Virus record (IMG/VR): IMGVR_UViG_3300043422_000045
Coordinates: 47,651 to 111,650 of that record
DNA from: a virus
Taxonomy: Duplodnaviria; Caudoviricetes
Length of the DNA stretch: 64,000 bases
Reading direction: 5' to 3' (one strand)
Numbering within the stretch: position 1 is the first letter of the stretch; the number at the start of each line of letters is the position of its first letter. The position numbers were made by a program, and so were the translations under genes. Positions 59,029 to 64,000 of this stretch are shown here, piece by piece. A model generated the notes under the pieces. That model did not search any database, was not told the origin of the DNA, and saw only the letters and a list, made by a program, of their open reading frames with translations.

Positions 59029-60831
59029 ATGAATACAAATTCAAAACTTTTGATTCTTGAAAGAAGTGGTTCTACATTAGCATTCGCTCAAGATAATTCA
59101 GGTGCTTATGTTCTTGAAGGCGTGTTTGGTGAAATCGATAAGTTAAACAGAAACAATCGTATCTATACCGAAGACGAATATTTACCGCAAGTAGAAAGCC
59201 TTCAGGCTAAAATCAAATCATCTAAACTATTAGGTGAATTAGATCACCCACAAAACTTTGACATTTCTTTAAAAAATGTTTCTCACATTATTGAAGAATT
59301 AAGATATGACAAAGACAAGAAACAAATCCTTGGAAAAATTAGATTATTAGACACTGATGCTGGTAAACAAGCTAAAGCATTAGTTGACGCTGGTGTACCT
59401 TTACACATTTCTTCTAGAGCGGCTGGTACAGTAGAATCTAATGGAAAAGTTAAAATCAAACAATTATTTACTTATGATTTAGTTGCAGATCCTGGATTTG
59501 CTAATGCTGAATTAAAAAGAGTTAATGAAGCTTTTGGTTTTGAAGATAATGAAGATCTTTTAATTTACGAAATCAACCCAACTGATAATAAACAAACACA
59601 AATAAAAGAAGAACAAAACATGGAAAACGCAAGATTCGTTAGTACTGATGACTTCAATAGTTATTCAAAATACTTAGCTGAAGAAATCAAAGCTTTAAAA
59701 GAATCTCTTACAGCATTAACTAGCTCTGAGTCTACTAACGAAGAGATTAAAAATCTAAAAGAGTATTCTTCTTATATAGCTGAAAAATTAAACCAAGCAA
59801 TTGCTTATTCTGAGCACGTTGCAGAAAAAGCTGATCAAGGAATTCAATTCGCTGATTCATTGGCAGAAAAATTAGACCAATCAATTCAATATTCTGAGCA
59901 CATCGCAGAAGGTGTTGAAGCTATCAAAGGTTACACTAACTATTTAGCTGAGTCTTATAATGAAGGAGTTATGACACACGAAAATGTAGTTAAATACGTA
60001 AACTATTTAAAAGAAAACTTAGAGAAAGTTACTGAATATGCAGAATATGTTGCAGAAACTGTAAACTCTAACTTATTAATGGAAGATGATACCGATGCAG
60101 GTAAAGAATTAACTGAAGAGCCAAATGATAAAACTCCAGAGGTTATCGATGCAGAAGGTGAAAAATATCCAAAAGCAGAAGATGCAGCAGAAGACATCGA
60201 AGACGAATTAGAAAAAGATATCGAAGCTTCAAAAGCTGACGGTGAAGATACAGGTAAAGAAGTTACTGAAGAAGTAGAAACTGATGAAGAAGTTGCTGAA
60301 ACTGAAGACAAAATGGATGCTTATAAGAAAGAAGTTACTGAGAAATTAGCTTCATTAGTTGAAAGCGCTAAAGCAAAATCAGTAGCAGAACCACATTTCT
60401 TTAAATTCATCGCTGAATCTAAGAAAGAAGAATTCAATACTTTATCACTTGAAGAAAAAACTGTAGTTGCAAAAGCAATCGAAGGTAAAGGTTTCTTAAC
60501 TGAATCACAAATCTACGCTTTATGGAACAACGCATTAGCACCAGTTCAACAAGCAGAACCTTTAGTAATCTCTGCAATGCCAGCTGAATATAAAGAAACA
60601 TGGAATTCTTTATCAGAAAGTAAGAAAAATCAATTGTTAGCTCAATCTAAATACCACAGATTAGAAACAGAATATCAAGTAAGAAATTTCTGGCAAACAA
60701 GAGACTTAAGAGAAGTTGCTCAAGTTATTGAAAAAGTAGAAATGGTTAAAGAATCTACAGAAGAAGCAAAACAATTGCCATACGATATGACTGGCGTTGC
60801 TGAATCTTTAAACAAAAGATTTAAAAAATAA
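59029..60831 (+). CDS. gp21: Prohead protease (gp21-like) fused to a scaffold/core (gp22-like) region
   Basis: N-terminal NRNNRIY, GELDHP, VSH, ISSRAAG and YDLVADPG, followed by about 420 aa of acidic helical repeats. Confidence 0.85.
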   Translation: MNTNSKLLILERSGSTLAFAQDNSGAYVLEGVFGEIDKLNRNNRIYTEDEYLPQVESLQAKIKSSKLLGELDHPQNFDISLKNVSHIIEELRYDKDKKQILGKIRLLDTDAGKQAKALVDAGVPLHISSRAAGTVESNGKVKIKQLFTYDLVADPGFANAELKRVNEAFGFEDNEDLLIYEINPTDNKQTQIKEEQNMENARFVSTDDFNSYSKYLAEEIKALKESLTALTSSESTNEEIKNLKEYSSYIAEKLNQAIAYSEHVAEKADQGIQFADSLAEKLDQSIQYSEHIAEGVEAIKGYTNYLAESYNEGVMTHENVVKYVNYLKENLEKVTEYAEYVAETVNSNLLMEDDTDAGKELTEEPNDKTPEVIDAEGEKYPKAEDAAEDIEDELEKDIEASKADGEDTGKEVTEEVETDEEVAETEDKMDAYKKEVTEKLASLVESAKAKSVAEPHFFKFIAESKKEEFNTLSLEEKTVVAKAIEGKGFLTESQIYALWNNALAPVQQAEPLVISAMPAEYKETWNSLSESKKNQLLAQSKYHRLETEYQVRNFWQTRDLREVAQVIEKVEMVKESTEEAKQLPYDMTGVAESLNKRFKK

Positions 60832-60869
60832 GAATTTTTAAAAAATTAAAAAATTCACTTTTTTAAGTA

Positions 60870-60878
60870 GATATATAA
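60870..60878 (+). promoter_or_regulatory. Late-type promoter GATATATAA for the major capsid gene
   Basis: Recurrent 9-mer. Confidence 0.65.
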
Positions 60879-60993
60879 TCTAATAACACAAGAATAAAAT
60901 ATTCGACGCTCAGTTAAGAAGCAAAAAACTGAATTATGTCGAGCCGTAGATGCAATCTACACAAACTAAACATAAAAAGAACATTTAAACAAA

Positions 60994-62466
60994 ATGGCAC
61001 AATTAATTAACGAAGCAGAGATCAGAGAAACATGGTCTCCAATTATCGAGGCTGCTACAGGTATCAATGACGCTAGCAAATTAGCGTGGATGTCAGAGTA
61101 CTGCCACAACCACAAGTTGTATGAAGATGCAACTGCTCACATGAGCTTAGACCCAACTATGAACTTAAGAGGTATGGGCGTAGTATCATTTCCTTCAGGA
61201 TTTGGTTCAAACCCTACATCATTAGGATCAGGTGACAAAGCTCCAACTTTATTACCTTTAGCAATGCAAGTTGCTGCACAAACAATCGCTTTAGATTTAG
61301 TACCAGTTATTCCAATGGCAGGTCCAATGGGATTATTATCTTACTTAGACTTCGTTTACGAAGGTGGTAGATTAGACAACGGCGTAGCTCCAACTTACGT
61401 TAAAGCTGCTGGTGTTGTTGGTGATATCGCTGCATCTGCAGGTGATAACGGTGCATACGAGTATGCTGGTAAATCAAGAATTGATGGTAAATCTATCTAT
61501 AAAGTAGGTACTATTGATGCTGCTAACGATACAGTTGCTGCAGATTTAGAAGCTGCTGGTGCAACAGTTGGTTCAGTAGAATTAGTTAAAGCATTAGAAG
61601 ATCACTTACCAGGTTTCACTGCTAAAGATTCTGAAAACGCTTACACAAGAGAAGAAGGTGAAAGAACTAATGAGAAATTAATGGGTCTTTCTTTATTCAG
61701 TAAAGCTGTTGAAGCTAAAACTATTCAAGTAGCTGCTGCTGTAACTAGAGAGCAAGTTCAAGATTTAAAACAATTCGGTGTTGATGCTGTTGCTCAAGTT
61801 GAAGCTGTTTTAGTTAACGAATTAACTCAAACTATTAATGATTTAATCATCAATAACATCGCTACTTTAGGCGTGTCTAACATCTCTAAAGCTACTGCTG
61901 CTGGTGAAATTTCTGCAACTTCATTGAACGTAAACTTATATGCTGCTTCTGATTTCCAAGGTGGTAAAACTGAAGGTTCTGAGCACAGAAAAATCTTAAC
62001 TGGTATCTTAGCTGCTGCTAACTTAATTGCTAACAGAGGTAGAAGAGGTGCAGGTAACTTCGCGGTTGTAGGACCACAAGTTGCTACAGCATTACAATCA
62101 GTTGCTGGTTACGTTCCAAACCCATTCGCTAATACAGTATCTCAAGCTGCAGGTGCAATCTACCCAGTAGGTTCTGTAGCAGGTGTTCAAGTTTACACTA
62201 ACCCTAAATGGAAGTGGAATAACTTTGACGTATTAGTTGGTAGAAAAGGTGACGGTAACGGTCCTGGTTTAGTATTCATGCCTTACTTAATGGCTGAATC
62301 AGTTCAAACTATCGCAGAAGCTACAATGGCACCAAAAATTGCTGTTAAATCTAGATTCGCATTAGTTGAAGCAGGTTTCCACCCAGAAACACAATACGTG
62401 AAATTCACAATCGGTCAAGTTGCTGGCGCTGCTCACACTTGGTCTAACTTAATCTCTTTAGCATAA
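60994..62466 (+). CDS. gp23: Major capsid protein (T4 gp23-like)
   Basis: W.PI, DLVPVIPM.GP.G, E..QDLK..G.DA, AN.I....RRGAGNF, G..F.PY and P.IAVKSRFAL. Confidence 0.93.
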   Translation: MAQLINEAEIRETWSPIIEAATGINDASKLAWMSEYCHNHKLYEDATAHMSLDPTMNLRGMGVVSFPSGFGSNPTSLGSGDKAPTLLPLAMQVAAQTIALDLVPVIPMAGPMGLLSYLDFVYEGGRLDNGVAPTYVKAAGVVGDIAASAGDNGAYEYAGKSRIDGKSIYKVGTIDAANDTVAADLEAAGATVGSVELVKALEDHLPGFTAKDSENAYTREEGERTNEKLMGLSLFSKAVEAKTIQVAAAVTREQVQDLKQFGVDAVAQVEAVLVNELTQTINDLIINNIATLGVSNISKATAAGEISATSLNVNLYAASDFQGGKTEGSEHRKILTGILAAANLIANRGRRGAGNFAVVGPQVATALQSVAGYVPNPFANTVSQAAGAIYPVGSVAGVQVYTNPKWKWNNFDVLVGRKGDGNGPGLVFMPYLMAESVQTIAEATMAPKIAVKSRFALVEAGFHPETQYVKFTIGQVAGAAHTWSNLISLA

Positions 62467-62500
62467 TCTCTGATTAACTAAAAGATTTTAGTACATAACT

Positions 62501-62531
62501 AAAAGGCTTCCAATTTGGAAGCCTTTTTTTT
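62501..62531 (+). terminator. Rho-independent terminator after the major capsid gene
   Basis: aaaaggcttcca-att-tggaagcc followed by a T run. Confidence 0.85.
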
Positions 62532-62546
62532 GCTCAAATTTTAAAA

Positions 62547-62555
62547 GATATATAA
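62547..62555 (+). promoter_or_regulatory. Late-type promoter GATATATAA
   Basis: Recurrent 9-mer upstream of the ATG at 62575. Confidence 0.6.
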
Positions 62556-62574
62556 TGTATATAAAAATAATACT

Positions 62575-64000
62575 ATGAATATGAATTTCGAGAATTGGTA
62601 TAGTAAAATGTTAAGCGAAACTGCAACAACTACAGTTTCACCAACGACCGCAGTCGATGTTAAACCAAAAACAGATGCTATTGCAAATGTTCCTAGCAGA
62701 GAAGACATAATAAGCGATGTTGATTCTATCATGACACAATTAGATCAATTGTATGCTCAGGTTAAAGAAGATTTCAATATTGAAATTTTAGAAGAGTCTC
62801 TTGTATTAGAAGGCGCATGGGACGATACAAAAGATAATTTCGGTTCTTTATTTGGCGATCCTGTTTTTCAACTAGTTGGATTAGGTATAGCTGGTATTAT
62901 AGGAGCTTTAGGATTAAGTGTTAAAGCTGTAAAAGATACTAAAAGAAACGGTGCTATTGGTAAAATGGTCATGGGAGATTATGCTAAACTTAAGCAACTT
63001 AAATTACAAGAAGTTAAATTAGAAGCTATTCAACATCAATTAGAAGAAAAGAAAGATGATATTGAAGCAGCTAACGAATCTATTATCGATGAAGCTAATC
63101 CAGCTGCTAAAAAACCAGCTCAGAAACCAGCTCAGAAACCACAAGCAGGTCCAAACGCTCAAGCTAGACAAACAGCTATAGCCGATAAAGAAAAAGCTTT
63201 AAAAGCCAAAGAAGCTGAAGCTAAAAAGAATGCAGCCGCTGCCGGTAAAACAACTTCTAGCGATGAAAATGATGCTAGAGATAAAATGTCTGAAAAAATA
63301 GAAGCACAAATACAAGCTATTATAAAGAAAAGAGATGTTTTAGATTCATCGATAACTACATACGAAAGTACATTAGACGCTAAATATGATCCAGAAAAAA
63401 TCACAGGGTTTGGTTCTAAAAAAGTACATACTTTAATTGCATCTGCCAAAGATGGCGTAGCTCAAGAAGTTGCAGAAGCAAAATTAAAATTCTTTAGCGA
63501 AACTTTATCAGATGAAGCTCTAAAAGAACTTAAAGAAAGTCTTGATGCTATCAATCAAAGACAAGCTAAAAGAACAGCAGAGATTAATAAAGAAGCTGAA
63601 GAAAATGCTGCAAAAGCAAAAGAAGTAGCAGCTGAAGATGAAGATGTTAAAGCAGCTTTAGATAAAATTAAAAATCCAAATGCAGATGATAAAGAAGAAC
63701 CAGAAACTGAAGAAGAACCTACATCTGATGACGGTGATGGCGAGTCTGACGCAGTAAAAGCTCTTAAAAAACAAAAAGAAGAAGACGACGAAAAGAAAAG
63801 ACAGGAAAGAGCGGCTAATAAAGAAGATGACACTAAAAATACTGAAAAAGAAACCATTAAGAATACCAAAGACGGTAAATTAGACAGAGTGGAAGATATG
63901 ATTAAAAAAGAAACTGAAAAGGTTCAAAATAATCCAGAAGCTAAAAAGATCAAAGATAAAATTGAAGAATTAGAAGGCGCTATCGAAGAGCTTAAAAACA
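62575..64000 (+). CDS. Long K/E/A-rich coiled-coil protein with a hydrophobic segment, 3'-truncated (putative capsid-internal/ejection protein)
   Basis: Not in the ORF track because there is no stop in the window. Reads MNMNFENWYSKMLSETATT...LVLEGAW...LVGLGIAGIIGALGLSV..., with KPAQKPAQKPQ repeats. Confidence 0.7.
   Translation, partial: MNMNFENWYSKMLSETATTTVSPTTAVDVKPKTDAIANVPSREDIISDVDSIMTQLDQLYAQVKEDFNIEILEESLVLEGAWDDTKDNFGSLFGDPVFQLVGLGIAGIIGALGLSVKAVKDTKRNGAIGKMVMGDYAKLKQLKLQEVKLEAIQHQLEEKKDDIEAANESIIDEANPAAKKPAQKPAQKPQAGPNAQARQTAIADKEKALKAKEAEAKKNAAAAGKTTSSDENDARDKMSEKIEAQIQAIIKKRDVLDSSITTYESTLDAKYDPEKITGFGSKKVHTLIASAKDGVAQEVAEAKLKFFSETLSDEALKELKESLDAINQRQAKRTAEINKEAEENAAKAKEVAAEDEDVKAALDKIKNPNADDKEEPETEEEPTSDDGDGESDAVKALKKQKEEDDEKKRQERAANKEDDTKNTEKETIKNTKDGKLDRVEDMIKKETEKVQNNPEAKKIKDKIEELEGAIEELKN

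Noticed and set aside
38-63869. The many 60-140 aa minus-strand and alternate-frame ORFs in the track (e.g. 1121..1381, 8877..9254, 21316..21666, 57917..58345, 63159..63449, 63555..63869)
   Set aside because: They lie wholly within long plus-strand genes and have the S/L/F/I-rich composition of antisense shadows.
1-64000. Alternative genetic code (stop-codon recoding), as in some Bacteroidota phages
   Set aside because: Conserved genes are full length in code 11, and TAG/TGA end genes at natural C-termini (e.g. nrdA ...CSSCEA-TAG, gp47 TGA).
1-64000. CRISPR array or diversity-generating retroelement
   Set aside because: No regularly spaced direct repeats, reverse transcriptase or TR/VR pair was seen by eye; the only repeats noticed are coding (collagen, scaffold, KPAQ).

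Overview
AT-rich, almost entirely plus-strand, gene-dense 64 kb segment of a large T4-like (myovirus/jumbo-type) phage genome, standard genetic code. The host is probably Bacteroidota: there are TAnnTTTG promoters, A-rich leaders without Shine-Dalgarno sites, and a Flavobacterium-type class Id RNR. Gene order: virion/baseplate and collagen-containing fibre genes (1-16.6 kb); RuvC-like resolvase, gp32 SSB, primase, UvsY and UvsW (16.7-22 kb); a block of putative capsid-packaged proteins with T4-IP-like capsid-targeting motifs, including two ligase-fold nucleotidyltransferases and a nuclease-like protein (22-31.8 kb); a putative DNA-hypermodification/glycosylation operon (33.1-40.7 kb); a split family-B DNA polymerase whose halves flank nrdB/nrdA and a putative clamp; UvsX, gp41, gp47/46, gp15, gp55, gp4, gp2, portal, a fused prohead protease-scaffold, and the major capsid protein. 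The modification operon contains a DUF6378-like gene, an SGNH-like gene, thioredoxin, two aGPT-Pplase-like paralogs, a PLP enzyme, GT2-TPR, UDP-galactopyranose mutase and a gp56-like dNTPase. Three promoter classes can be read from the DNA: host-type TATATTTG, a bipartite GAAAC-N17-TATAA, and a late-type RATATATAA. All family assignments come from motifs recognised by eye; no database searches were run.
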